This document shows, piece after piece, positions 8,991 to 17,520 of a stretch of 64,000 nt of DNA. The stretch is from Alphaproteobacteria bacterium. Its GTDB lineage: Bacteria > Pseudomonadota > Alphaproteobacteria > UBA828. How positions within the stretch are numbered: the stretch's first letter is position 1; each line of letters begins with the position of its first letter. The notes beneath the pieces were generated by a model. That model was given only the letters and a program-made list of their open reading frames with translations. It searched no databases and had not been told where the DNA came from. Both the position numbers and the translations under genes were made by a program. Location: NCBI GenBank assembly GCA_965214705.1, contig CBDCCI010000002.1:224001-288000 (forward strand), written 5' to 3'.

Positions 8991-10653
8991 CAGCCGCCTC
9001 CTTCAATGCGGGCGGAGCGGCTATTCTCGCGACAGGTTCGTCCAATCCCGCGGCGGGATCGTCAAGACGCTTCACCACCCGCCCGAGTGCGATGATCGTC
9101 TCGCGGGCGGGAAGCGGCATGGCACGCAACTCGGTCGCGCTCACCTGAGTGTTGCCGTTGACCGACCGGAACCAGGTGTCGAGGAGGCGGCTGTTGTACA
9201 GCCCCGCCAAGCCCCAGGCCTCGTCTTCGGAGAGCGTACCGCCTGGACGGTGAACGTAGTTGAGGTGGTTTTCCAGCCCGATCTCCGGAAGCGCGAGGCC
9301 TGCGGCAATATAGGGAGCTGCAGTCAGTCGGCGCGGCTCCTCCTTGGCGCTAAAGCGGCGGATGAGAACGTAGTTCCTGTTCGGCACGAGAAGGGCCCCG
9401 GCACCGGCGCGCGCGATGTACTCGGGCTTGTGTCGGTCCAGGGGCCAAGCGACCCGCATCGCGCGGACGTGGTTCATCCAAAGGAGCGGCACATGGGTTG
9501 CCGGAACCTCACCTTGCATGGCGATGAATTCCGTTGCCCGGAACGGCACCACCGGTCCGGTCGAGATGTTCAGCCCTAGGGCGGCGAGGCTGCTGGGCCA
9601 CGAATCCACCAGTGCCAGCGCCTCATGGTCCTCGTCGCAAACCGGCATCCGGAGCACCTTGTCGGCGGTGGCGAGATTGAGCACCGCGTCAACCATGGTC
9701 TCGCGAGTGCTCGGCCTGCCGATGTCGTCGATCCCGAGGCTTGACGAAATGGACAAGGGTGTAGCGGCCCCGTTCTCGTGCCAGCGATTCTGGCGGACCC
9801 CTGAGACGATGACGTTCTCCTGCAGTACCGCGTCTCGACGGAACGCGTCGCGCCGGGACTCGAACACATGCACTCTCGTCGGCCGGATCATGTCGAAGAA
9901 CGCGCCCCGGAACCGGCGGAAGTACGAACCGGAGGCGAAGCTGCGCGGCGTGATGAACACGAAACTTCCCCGTCGCCGCAGCAGCGCGGCGCCTACCGCC
10001 ATGAACAGGGCGTATATGTTGGGCTGGCCGTGAACCACATCGGCTGCGGCGACGGCGCGAGGATCGCCCTTGCCGATCTTGAAGTAAGGCGGGTTGGCGA
10101 TGACCGCATCGAATCCCCCCGCCGCGGTCTCGGAGGCGAAGAGTCCGCACGGGCGCATCGCATCGGCGTTTGCCATGATGAAGTCGGTGGCTTCGATTCG
10201 AACCACAACCCGCACCCGAAAGCTTGCTTGGCACCAATTCGCGAGATAGTCGAGTGCCGCCCGCAGCGCGGGGATCAGACCACTGTCGACCTCATAGGCG
10301 ATCAATTCAACCGTATCGGGTTTCGGCTTGCGCGATGCAATCGCCTCGACTGCCGCGCAGCCGAGGATGCCGGCACCCGCCGCGGGATCGAGGATCCGAA
10401 CCTTCCGCCGTTTTGCCGTGATCCGCCCGGCCATCGTGATCCGCCCGGCCATGAAGTCTGCGACGGGGATCGGCGTAAGAAAGAAACCGTACTCCTTGCG
10501 TTGCCGCACGGATATCCGCGCGGCGCACCATTCGCCAACACGGTCGGCGTAGGCGGTGGGCCGCTCTCCCTCATGGGGGAGCGGCAAGCGAGAGCACCCA
10601 AGTGCGGGCTTAGTCGCAGGTCGTTTTTCCGAATGTTCTATGAGATCCGGCAT
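8983..10653 (-). CDS. N6-adenine DNA methyltransferase, BsuBI/PstI-like
   Basis: GFFLTP, ILDPAAGAG (motif I), IANPPY (motif IV), STGPVVPFR, ENHLNY, NGNTQVSATELR; AAGGAGG upstream of ATG 10653; overlaps endonuclease start. Confidence 0.92.
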   Translation of the reverse strand: MPDLIEHSEKRPATKPALGCSRLPLPHEGERPTAYADRVGEWCAARISVRQRKEYGFFLTPIPVADFMAGRITMAGRITAKRRKVRILDPAAGAGILGCAAVEAIASRKPKPDTVELIAYEVDSGLIPALRAALDYLANWCQASFRVRVVVRIEATDFIMANADAMRPCGLFASETAAGGFDAVIANPPYFKIGKGDPRAVAAADVVHGQPNIYALFMAVGAALLRRRGSFVFITPRSFASGSYFRRFRGAFFDMIRPTRVHVFESRRDAFRRDAVLQENVIVSGVRQNRWHENGAATPLSISSSLGIDDIGRPSTRETMVDAVLNLATADKVLRMPVCDEDHEALALVDSWPSSLAALGLNISTGPVVPFRATEFIAMQGEVPATHVPLLWMNHVRAMRVAWPLDRHKPEYIARAGAGALLVPNRNYVLIRRFSAKEEPRRLTAAPYIAAGLALPEIGLENHLNYVHRPGGTLSEDEAWGLAGLYNSRLLDTWFRSVNGNTQVSATELRAMPLPARETIIALGRVVKRLDDPAAGLDEPVARIAAPPALKEAAVG

Positions 10654-10655
10654 TC

Positions 10656-10868
10656 TCAGCCCGAGTCCTCCTTTCTGCTTGCTTGGTCTGCAAGTCTCAG
10701 AGGCAACTCTTTCTGCGCACGATGCTCCTGCACGAAGCGTTGGATTGCCTGGCGAACGACCCACGACAGGGACACATCGCTCTTTAGTGCCATGGCGTTG
10801 AGCGCGGCGTAGTCTGCTTCGTCGAGGCTTACCGTCAGCCTTGTGGTCTTCTTCCGACGTTCAGCCAT
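10656..10868 (-). CDS. CopG/ribbon-helix-helix regulator leading the R-M operon
   Basis: RLTVSLDEADYAALNAMALKSDVSLSWVVRQAIQRFV fits RHH pattern; ends 2 bp before methylase start. Confidence 0.8.
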   Translation of the reverse strand: MAERRKKTTRLTVSLDEADYAALNAMALKSDVSLSWVVRQAIQRFVQEHRAQKELPLRLADQASRKEDSG

Positions 10869-11270
10869 CGGTCTCGCATGCGTAGGGTCGAACGAGGCAC
10901 ATAGGCTACATCGGTATGCACCAGTCAGCAACAAAGTGATGCATCTATGGAACCAAAACTAAGCTGGATCGCGAACTCTTGAGGGAGATCGAAGTGTGCC
11001 GGGGCTCCGGCGGCGGGTGATGCCGGCACCAGCGCACATCCTGCGGTATGCCGAGCGGCACGATCGCCGAACGAGGATGGATCGACGGGCTCTGGACGCC
11101 GTGCGCACGAATTTCGGCGACGACGCCATCGTGCGGGGCCGGGGCTTCGGAACGAAGCTCGTTCTGCGGAGGCCTTCCAGGATCGACCGAGGGGAACGCC
11201 GCTCCAATGGGAGCCGGCATCCTGTCCAGCGTGTGCCGGGGCATTCTCTTCGCGCCCGTTTGTCGGACGC

Positions 11271-12044
11271 TCACTCCCTGGTCATCGTCCAGATGACCTC
11301 GCCGACGATCTGGACATTCCCGGCGAGGCGGGTACGGGCTTCGTAGTCGGGGTTGGCGCAGTTCAGCCGGAGCCTCGGCGGATCCGTCCCGCCGACCGGC
11401 TCGACGCGCCAGACCGCGAAACCGCCGGGTTCCCGGAGCACGAAGAGCCCGCCGGCGCTGGGATCCCGCTTCGCCGTGTCCACGACCAGGCGGTCGCCCT
11501 CGCGCAGTAGGGGTTCCATCGCGTTGCCGCGCACCCCGACGATGCGCAGGCTCGCGGGGTCGGCGCCGACGGCTCTACGGATCATGGCTTCGGGCAGCCG
11601 CCAGCGCGCCTTCTCCCGCTCAAGCTCCTCGCCGCGCGCGTCCGGCGCGGCGGAAGGCTCGATCTCGATCTCGGGCACGGCGGCGAGGCCGGAAGTGGCG
11701 GAAGGCCGTTTGCGCTGCGCGCGTTTCCGAGGCTTGCGCGGCGGGATCTCGGCGTGGCGCAGCAGGCTGGGGTCGCAGTCGAGCAGCGCGGCGAGAGCGG
11801 CGCTGTCCCGGTATGAGAGCGCGCGGGGGATGCCGCGGGAGAGGTACTGCTGGAGCCAGGCCCTGTTCCTGCCGATGGCGAGGGAGGCCGCGGCGAGCGA
11901 GACGCCGCGCTCACGGAGCCGTTGCCGAAGATTCTCCGGCGCCGGATCGCGCTCCGTCGTGTGCTTCTTCGGCCGTGCCGCGGCCACATCCGCCGGGTCC
12001 CGGCCGAACCCGCTGCCGGCGCCGGTCGCTGCGCCTGTCAGCAT
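11271..12044 (-). CDS. CI/LexA-like repressor with S24 domain lacking the catalytic dyad
   Basis: HTH (SLAAASLAIGRNRAWLQQYL) plus S24-like domain reading RGNAMEP and FAVWRV; clear paralogue of the upstream gene; start uncertain. Confidence 0.82.
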   Translation of the reverse strand: MLTGAATGAGSGFGRDPADVAAARPKKHTTERDPAPENLRQRLRERGVSLAAASLAIGRNRAWLQQYLSRGIPRALSYRDSAALAALLDCDPSLLRHAEIPPRKPRKRAQRKRPSATSGLAAVPEIEIEPSAAPDARGEELEREKARWRLPEAMIRRAVGADPASLRIVGVRGNAMEPLLREGDRLVVDTAKRDPSAGGLFVLREPGGFAVWRVEPVGGTDPPRLRLNCANPDYEARTRLAGNVQIVGEVIWTMTRE

Positions 12045-12724
12045 TTCCTCACGGTCCAGACGACCTTGCCGACGATGTGGGCTTCCTCGGCGAGGCAGCT
12101 GTAGGGCTCGTAGTCGGGGTTGGCGGAGTGGAGGCGGAGCCGCGGCGGCTCGGCATGGGGCAGCACCTCGACGCGCTTGACCACCAGCCCCGAGCCGTCC
12201 CAGAGCACCGCCATCTCCCCGGTATCGGGGCTGCGCCGGGCGATGTCGACCAGCAGCCGGTCGCCGTCGGAGATCAGCGGCTCCATGGAATCGCCGCGCG
12301 CGCGCAGCACGCGCAGGCTGCCGGGATCGGCGTCGCCCTCGTGGCGGATCATGCCCTCGGGCAGGTACCAGCGCGCCTTCTCGGCGGCGAACTCCTCGTT
12401 GAGCGCGCCCGGACCGGCGGCGGCCTCGACCGCCACCTCGGGGATGGCGACGAGCGGCGCGCCGGGAAGGGGCGCGGTGCGCCGGCGGCGCTTCTGCGGC
12501 CTGCGCCGGGGCGGCTCGGAAAGGCGCAGCTCAGACGCCTTGCAGCCGAGCAGCTTCGCGAGGCTCTCGGCGTCGGCATAGCCGAGCGCCTTGGGCGTGC
12601 CGCGCTCGAGGAACTGGTGCAGGTAGCTGGGGCTGCGGCCGATGGCGGCGGAGGCCTCCTTCATGGTGAGGCCGCGCTGCCATAGGAGATCCCTGATTTT
12701 TTGTCGTAGCGGGTCGCGTTCCAT
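12038..12724 (-). CDS. CI/LexA-like S24 repressor
   Basis: HTH (TMKEASAAIGRSPSYLHQFL), AAAGPG cleavage-site-like segment, RGDSMEP (Ser), LVVKRV (Lys). Confidence 0.9.
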   Translation of the reverse strand: MERDPLRQKIRDLLWQRGLTMKEASAAIGRSPSYLHQFLERGTPKALGYADAESLAKLLGCKASELRLSEPPRRRPQKRRRRTAPLPGAPLVAIPEVAVEAAAGPGALNEEFAAEKARWYLPEGMIRHEGDADPGSLRVLRARGDSMEPLISDGDRLLVDIARRSPDTGEMAVLWDGSGLVVKRVEVLPHAEPPRLRLHSANPDYEPYSCLAEEAHIVGKVVWTVRKC

Positions 12725-12815
12725 GGTCGGTGTTCGTATCTGTTGCGTAGAACAATAGTGTATTCAAGATCGAAATATATTGTCAAGCCGGAATGTTCCA
12801 CCTACGTTCCGGCCC
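12725..12815. promoter_or_regulatory. AT-rich divergent control region between repressor and tra operon
   Basis: 91-bp AT-rich spacer between divergent starts; TTGACA on minus strand (12781-12786); TGTTC...GAACA inverted pair. Confidence 0.55.
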
Positions 12816-13538
12816 ATGACCCGATACCGCACCCACTTCCTCGGCGCCATCGACGCCCATATGGAGCGTCACGACATGTCTCCCAGCCGCTTCGGCCGGG
12901 AGACGATGCGCGATCCCACCTTCGTCTTCCGCGTGAAGAAGAAGGGGCGCAATCCGCGCCTGGATACGGTGGACAAGCTGCTGGTCGGGATGGGCCGCGA
13001 ACCGGTCGGGGACCGCTTCGTGGCCGAGGTCAGGGCGTTCCTGGCGGTCACCGGCATAAAGCGCTCGGAGTTCAGCCGCGACGTCAACAGGAACCGGTCC
13101 TTTGCGACCTGGCTGCTCGATGGCGGCCTGCCCCGGCTCGCCACCATGGACAAGGCGGACGCCGTCATGGCCGAGCATACGAACCCGGCCCAGCGCGAGG
13201 CGATCAGGGCGGCGGTCGAGGACGGGGCGCCGGCGGTTCCGGTGGGGAAGGAAGGCAATGAGGAGATGGAGATGACCGAGGACGGCTACATGAGCACCGA
13301 GGAGGCGGCGGAGTTCCTGAAACTGTCGCCCCGCACGCTTCAGGCTTACCGGGGCAGCGGCAAGGGACCGCCGTTCAGCCGTATGGGCAACCGGGCGCGC
13401 TATCTGCGCTCGAAGGTGGCGGAGTGGGCGGCCGCGCGCGAGGCGCGCTCGACCACCGAGGCCGACGAGAAGGAGCGCGAGGAGAGAGCGGCGACCTCGC
13501 CGCCGGACAGGGACGACACCGGGAAGGAGGACAGGTGA
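12816..13538 (+). CDS. DNA-binding protein: two tandem Cro-like HTH units plus excisionase-like HTH
   Basis: Internal repeat (MSPSRFGRE..DPTFV..PRLDTVDK / IKRSEFSRD..NRSFA..PRLATMDK); C-terminal YMSTEEAAEFLKLSPRTLQAYRGSGKGPPF. Confidence 0.78.
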   Translation: MTRYRTHFLGAIDAHMERHDMSPSRFGRETMRDPTFVFRVKKKGRNPRLDTVDKLLVGMGREPVGDRFVAEVRAFLAVTGIKRSEFSRDVNRNRSFATWLLDGGLPRLATMDKADAVMAEHTNPAQREAIRAAVEDGAPAVPVGKEGNEEMEMTEDGYMSTEEAAEFLKLSPRTLQAYRGSGKGPPFSRMGNRARYLRSKVAEWAAAREARSTTEADEKEREERAATSPPDRDDTGKEDR

Positions 13539-13861
13539 TGACTGCAATCTCGAACGACCGCAGGAAGCGCGCACTCCGCATCGCCGTGGGCGCGATCGTC
13601 GCGCTGGCGCTGGCGCTGCTCGGCATCGATGCGGCGCTGGCGACGACGGACACCACCTTCACGGATCCGCTGGACACGGTGACGGGCATGGTGTCCGGCA
13701 CCGGCGGTCAGCTCGCGGCGGCGCTCGCGGTGGGCGCGGCCCTGGTGGGCTCGGTTCTGCGCTTCAACGCGATGCAGCTTCTCGGCGCGGTCGGCGTCGG
13801 CGTGGCGGCGGGCGCGGGCACCGGCATCGTGACCGGCCTGGTCGGCACGGCGATCGTCTGA
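13538..13861 (+). CDS. traA: Conjugative pilin precursor (TraA-like)
   Basis: 107 aa with signal peptide and two hydrophobic helices, directly before traL. Confidence 0.7.
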   Translation: MTAISNDRRKRALRIAVGAIVALALALLGIDAALATTDTTFTDPLDTVTGMVSGTGGQLAAALAVGAALVGSVLRFNAMQLLGAVGVGVAAGAGTGIVTGLVGTAIV

Positions 13862-13870
13862 GAGGCCACA

Positions 13871-14164
13871 GTGAACGACACCGCGCGCCATGCGATCCCG
13901 CGCCGTCTCGACGACCCGGAGCGCTGGCTGTTCTGGACCTTCGACGAGGCGGCGGCACTGCTGGGACCGGCGGTGCTCGGGCTCGCGGCGAACCAGTTCG
14001 TCGCGGGACTGGTGGCCGGCATCGCCGGCTGGCTGCTGCTGCGCCGCGTCAAGCGCGGCGGCGGGGCCAACATCGCGCTCTACGCGCTCTACTGGTTCCT
14101 GCCCGAGTTCGTGCTGCGGCTCCGTGGCACCCCGCCAAGCCATGTCAGGCGGTACTTCGGATGA
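13871..14164 (+). CDS. traL: F-type T4SS TraL
   Basis: IPRRLDDPERWLFWTFDE and LYWFLP motifs. Confidence 0.9.
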   Translation: MNDTARHAIPRRLDDPERWLFWTFDEAAALLGPAVLGLAANQFVAGLVAGIAGWLLLRRVKRGGGANIALYALYWFLPEFVLRLRGTPPSHVRRYFG

Positions 14165-14712
14165 GGCGCGAGGCGATGGACGCGGAGCGCCGCCGGGCGC
14201 GGGACACGCGGGCGGTTCTCGCCGGGCTGCTGGCGCTCGCGGTTCTCTCCAACCTGGTGCTGGCGCACGGGCTGACCAGCCGCGAACGGGTGACCGTGCT
14301 GGTTCCCGCCGTCTCGGGCCCCGCCTGGGAGGTGGGGGAGAGCTGGGCGGGGCGGCGCTACCTGGAGGATGCGGCGCGCACCGCAGCGGTGACGCTGCTC
14401 ACGCTCACGCCCGAAAACGCGGCCCATGTGCGCGAGGCGGTCGCGCGCCTCGCCCATGCCGAGGCCCGGGGCGCTATCGGCGCCTGGGTGGCGTCGGAAG
14501 CCGAGCGGATGGCCCGGCGCGACCTCTCGACCGCGTTCTACCCGAGGAGCATCGAGAGCGACGGGCGCGAACTCAGCGCCGAGATCGCGGGCGAGCTGGT
14601 GACCTGGATCGGGCGCGAGGAGGCTTCGCGGCAGAAGCGGCGCTACCGCCTCGCCTTCCGCATCGACGCGGGCCGGCTCGCGCTGCTGCGTTTCGAGCAG
14701 ATGGAGGACTGA
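14161..14712 (+). CDS. traE: F-type T4SS TraE
   Basis: N-terminal TM, VTVLVP, LLTLTPEN, STAFYP, GELVTWIG; synteny. Confidence 0.88.
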   Translation: MRREAMDAERRRARDTRAVLAGLLALAVLSNLVLAHGLTSRERVTVLVPAVSGPAWEVGESWAGRRYLEDAARTAAVTLLTLTPENAAHVREAVARLAHAEARGAIGAWVASEAERMARRDLSTAFYPRSIESDGRELSAEIAGELVTWIGREEASRQKRRYRLAFRIDAGRLALLRFEQMED

Positions 14713-14714
14713 GC

Positions 14715-15593
14715 ATGACTTTGCACCTTCGTGTAGGCGCGGCTGCCGCGCTGTTTTGCGCACTCATTATATATGCCGCGCTGCCGACCGCCGCGTCCGC
14801 GACGCAGGTCACCAGCACAAGTGTCTCCGGCACAAGTGTCCTGGAGGCGGCGGACCACGCCGAGCTCCCGGCGCAGGTCTCGGCGTCCGGGGTGGTCCGG
14901 ATTGCACTCCTGGGCGACCGCATCGCGCGGGCGGTGAAGAGCGCGGGCCGCTTCGAGATCGAGCACGACACCGCGACCGGCGACCTCTACCTTCGGCCGC
15001 CGGACGCTGCCGGCGGCGGAGCGGACCGCGCCGCGAAAGCCGAGGCGGGACCTGAGGCGGCACCTGCGGCGGGATCTGCGGTCCTGTTCGTGGGCACCGA
15101 GAAGGGCTTTACCTACCGGCTGATCCTGACGCCTGTGGCGGGCGGCCCGGCGCAGGTGCTGATCCGCAACCCGGCGGCGGGGGCGGCCGCAGTCCGCGAA
15201 CCCGCCGCCGGCAATCGGCGCATCGGCGCGCTGGTGCGCCTGATCCGCGCGGTGGCGCGGCGCGAGCCTCTTGCCGGCTATGCGATCCATGCCGGGGGCG
15301 CGTTCCCCGGCACGCGTGTCTCCGGATTGACGGTCATCGGGACCTGGCGGGGCACCGAGGCGTTCCCCCGTCCGCGCTTCTCGGCGCTCGTGTTTGAGGC
15401 CGGCCCTTCGGCGTCCGAAGGCGCGGAGAGTGCCGCGGGCCTCGTCGGGACCATTGGTGGATTGCCGGGGATCGGCCGCGTCGCCGCTCTCTGGCTGGCG
15501 GCGCCCGGCACCGGCCCCTCGGGCGGCAGGCTCGCGGTGGCGGTGCACGAGGACACTCGTGCCGGAGACACGCGTGCCGGAGACTCCCGATGA
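14715..15593 (+). CDS. traK: F-type T4SS TraK
   Basis: Signal peptide, VVRIALLGDRI, TGDLYLRP, LFVGTEKGFTYRLIL; synteny. Confidence 0.85.
   Translation: MTLHLRVGAAAALFCALIIYAALPTAASATQVTSTSVSGTSVLEAADHAELPAQVSASGVVRIALLGDRIARAVKSAGRFEIEHDTATGDLYLRPPDAAGGGADRAAKAEAGPEAAPAAGSAVLFVGTEKGFTYRLILTPVAGGPAQVLIRNPAAGAAAVREPAAGNRRIGALVRLIRAVARREPLAGYAIHAGGAFPGTRVSGLTVIGTWRGTEAFPRPRFSALVFEAGPSASEGAESAAGLVGTIGGLPGIGRVAALWLAAPGTGPSGGRLAVAVHEDTRAGDTRAGDSR
14815..14840 (-). repeat. Intragenic 15-bp-period motif, 2 copies (traK 5' region)
   Basis: GCACAAGTGTC-TCCG-GCACAAGTGTC. Confidence 0.8.
15552..15581 (+). repeat. Intragenic 15-bp motif, 2 copies (traK 3' end)
   Basis: GACACTCGTGCCGGA GACACGCGTGCCGGA. 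Confidence 0.85.
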
Positions 15594-16840
15594 GCGCCCG
15601 CACCGCGCCCGCGGGCGACGGCGAGTCGCGCCGCGCCCGGCGCAACCAGCTGGTGCTGTTCTCCGCGATCGCGGCGGCGGTGCTGATGGTGTTCGCGTTC
15701 TGGCTCGCGGCGGGCGGCAGCGGTCCGCCCAGGCCGGAGGCTCGGATCGATGCCGAGCTCGCGACCCCGGGGACCGCCGAGGAGAGCTGGACCCGGCGCT
15801 CGGAAGCCAGGCTCGGCGCCATGGACGCGCGGCTGCGCGACATGGAGGCCGGGGCGAATCGCGTGAGGCAGGAGAACGAGCGCCTCAGGCAGAAACTTGC
15901 CGCCGACGCCGAGGACGCGAAGCGCACGATCGACAGCCTCGCGGCGAAGATCGGCGAGTTGGAGCGCGCGCGGGCGGGTGAAGAGACCGCCGCAGCGAAC
16001 GGCATGCCGGTCGGCGAGCTGTTCCGGCAGGGCGCCGGGCAGCGGAGCGCCCCGGCGACCGGCGCTGCCGCATCCGGGGCTGCGCCCGAGACCGAGTTGG
16101 TGGCTGAGCCTCTGATCGAGACCTTCCGGCTGGACGGTTCGGGGGAGCGGTTCGACGCGCCCGCTGCCAGGGATATCGGCGCCTGGCTCCCGGCCGGGAG
16201 CCATGCGGAGGCCGTGGTGCTCGCCGGCGTCGACGCCTCCGCCGGGGTCTCGTCCCAGGGCGACCCGCGCCCGGTGCTGCTGAGGATCGTGGGTCCCGCC
16301 TGGACCGCGGCCTCGGACGGTACGGCGCTCGCCGTCGATCTCGACGGCTGTACCGTGACCGGCGCCGCCCATGGCGATCTCTCGTCCGAGAAGGTCTACG
16401 CGAGGCTCAGAACGCTCACCTGTGCCGCAGAAGAGCCCGACACAGTGGTCGAGACGCAGGTCGCGGGGTTCGTCGCGGGCGCCGGCAAGACCGGGGTGCG
16501 CGGCCCCGTGGTGAGCCGCGAGGGCGCTCTGGTCGAGAAGGCCTTCCTCGCCGGCATGGTCTCCGGTCTCGGCGAGGGCGCCGCGAGCGCGTTCGCGCCG
16601 CAGGCCGTCGCGACCGGCGCGGGCGCCGCTGTCGCCAATACCGGCCTCGTCGATATCGGCAGGGCCGGGCTCGGCTCAGGCGCGTCGTCCGCGGGCCGCA
16701 AGGTCGCGGACTACCTGATCCGCCGCGCCGAACAGTACCAGCCGGTGATCCAGCTCCAGGCCGGGACCCGGGTGACGGTGGTGTTCATCGAGGGCGCCTG
16801 GCTCGACGGCAGGACGGAGAAGAAGGGGAGGACCCAATGA
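15590..16840 (+). CDS. traB: F-type T4SS TraB (VirB10-like)
   Basis: TM, coiled coil, LPAGSHAEAVVLAGVDA, GDLSSEKVYARL, GVRGPVVSREG, YLIRRAEQYQPVI. Confidence 0.93.
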   Translation: MSARTAPAGDGESRRARRNQLVLFSAIAAAVLMVFAFWLAAGGSGPPRPEARIDAELATPGTAEESWTRRSEARLGAMDARLRDMEAGANRVRQENERLRQKLAADAEDAKRTIDSLAAKIGELERARAGEETAAANGMPVGELFRQGAGQRSAPATGAAASGAAPETELVAEPLIETFRLDGSGERFDAPAARDIGAWLPAGSHAEAVVLAGVDASAGVSSQGDPRPVLLRIVGPAWTAASDGTALAVDLDGCTVTGAAHGDLSSEKVYARLRTLTCAAEEPDTVVETQVAGFVAGAGKTGVRGPVVSREGALVEKAFLAGMVSGLGEGAASAFAPQAVATGAGAAVANTGLVDIGRAGLGSGASSAGRKVADYLIRRAEQYQPVIQLQAGTRVTVVFIEGAWLDGRTEKKGRTQ

Positions 16841-17520
16841 ACGAACGTAACGGATGGGCCGTGAGAGCGGCCGCCACGGCAATGGCCGCGCTGGCGCTGG
16901 CGGGCTGCTCGGCGACCCATGTGGGCGACGACTGGCAGTGCCCGCTCGCGCAGGGAGAAGTGTGCTCGTCCGTCGCAGCCGCCGATCCGGCAGTGCCGAA
17001 GACACGGGTGCCGGGGACACGCGTGCCGGAGACGCTCGTGCCGGGGACGCTCGTGCCAAAGGCTGGGGCTGGGGGCACCCAAACCCCCGCGGCCAAGGCC
17101 GCGCTCTACCGGCCTCGTGGAGAGCCCGCCGCGGCTTCGGGACGGGCGGCGCAGCGGGATTGCGAATCGGACTGTGGCCCGCTCGCCTGGCTGGCAGGGC
17201 TGCTCGAAGGTTTCGCCGGCGAAGATACGGAAGGCGAAGAGACAGCCGTGACGGGCGAAGGTGCGGCCGGCGAGGAACACTCCGGTCCCACCGATGCGGG
17301 CCGCGAACCGGTCGCTCCCGCCGCCGCTCTGCAGGCTGCGCCCGGCGACGCCTCGATCTCGTCCCCTCCGGCCGATGAAGCCGCCGCCGGAGAGAATTTC
17401 CGCGAGCCCGAGGAGATCGCCCGCATCTGGATCGCGCCCTTCGTGGATGCCGAGGGCATCTACCACGAGGGGGTCTGGGTGCGGGCGGTGATCGCGCCGG
17501 CCGAATGGAGGCTTCCGTGA
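16837..17520 (+). CDS. traV: F-type T4SS lipoprotein TraV
   Basis: Lipobox LAGC, WQCP..C, RIWIAPFVDAEGIYHE. Confidence 0.88.
   Translation: MNERNGWAVRAAATAMAALALAGCSATHVGDDWQCPLAQGEVCSSVAAADPAVPKTRVPGTRVPETLVPGTLVPKAGAGGTQTPAAKAALYRPRGEPAAASGRAAQRDCESDCGPLAWLAGLLEGFAGEDTEGEETAVTGEGAAGEEHSGPTDAGREPVAPAAALQAAPGDASISSPPADEAAAGENFREPEEIARIWIAPFVDAEGIYHEGVWVRAVIAPAEWRLP
17001..17060 (+). repeat. Intragenic 15-bp motif, 4 tandem copies (traV)
   Basis: GACACGGGTGCCGGG GACACGCGTGCCGGA GACGCTCGTGCCGGG GACGCTCGTGCCAAA. Confidence 0.9.

Noticed and set aside
12730-12770. Alphaproteobacterial LexA box (GTTC-N7-GTTC) in the switch region
   Set aside because: Only GTTC-N6-GTTG is present; spacing and second half-site do not fit
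14203-14216. GACACGCGGGCGG in traE (and similar at 24131, 33639) as further copies of the tra motif
   Set aside because: Right half-site GTG is missing; plausible by chance at this GC content, so not counted
17001-17060. Tandem repeats as a CRISPR or mini-array
   Set aside because: 15-bp units with no spacers, inside a coding sequence, and no cas genes in the window
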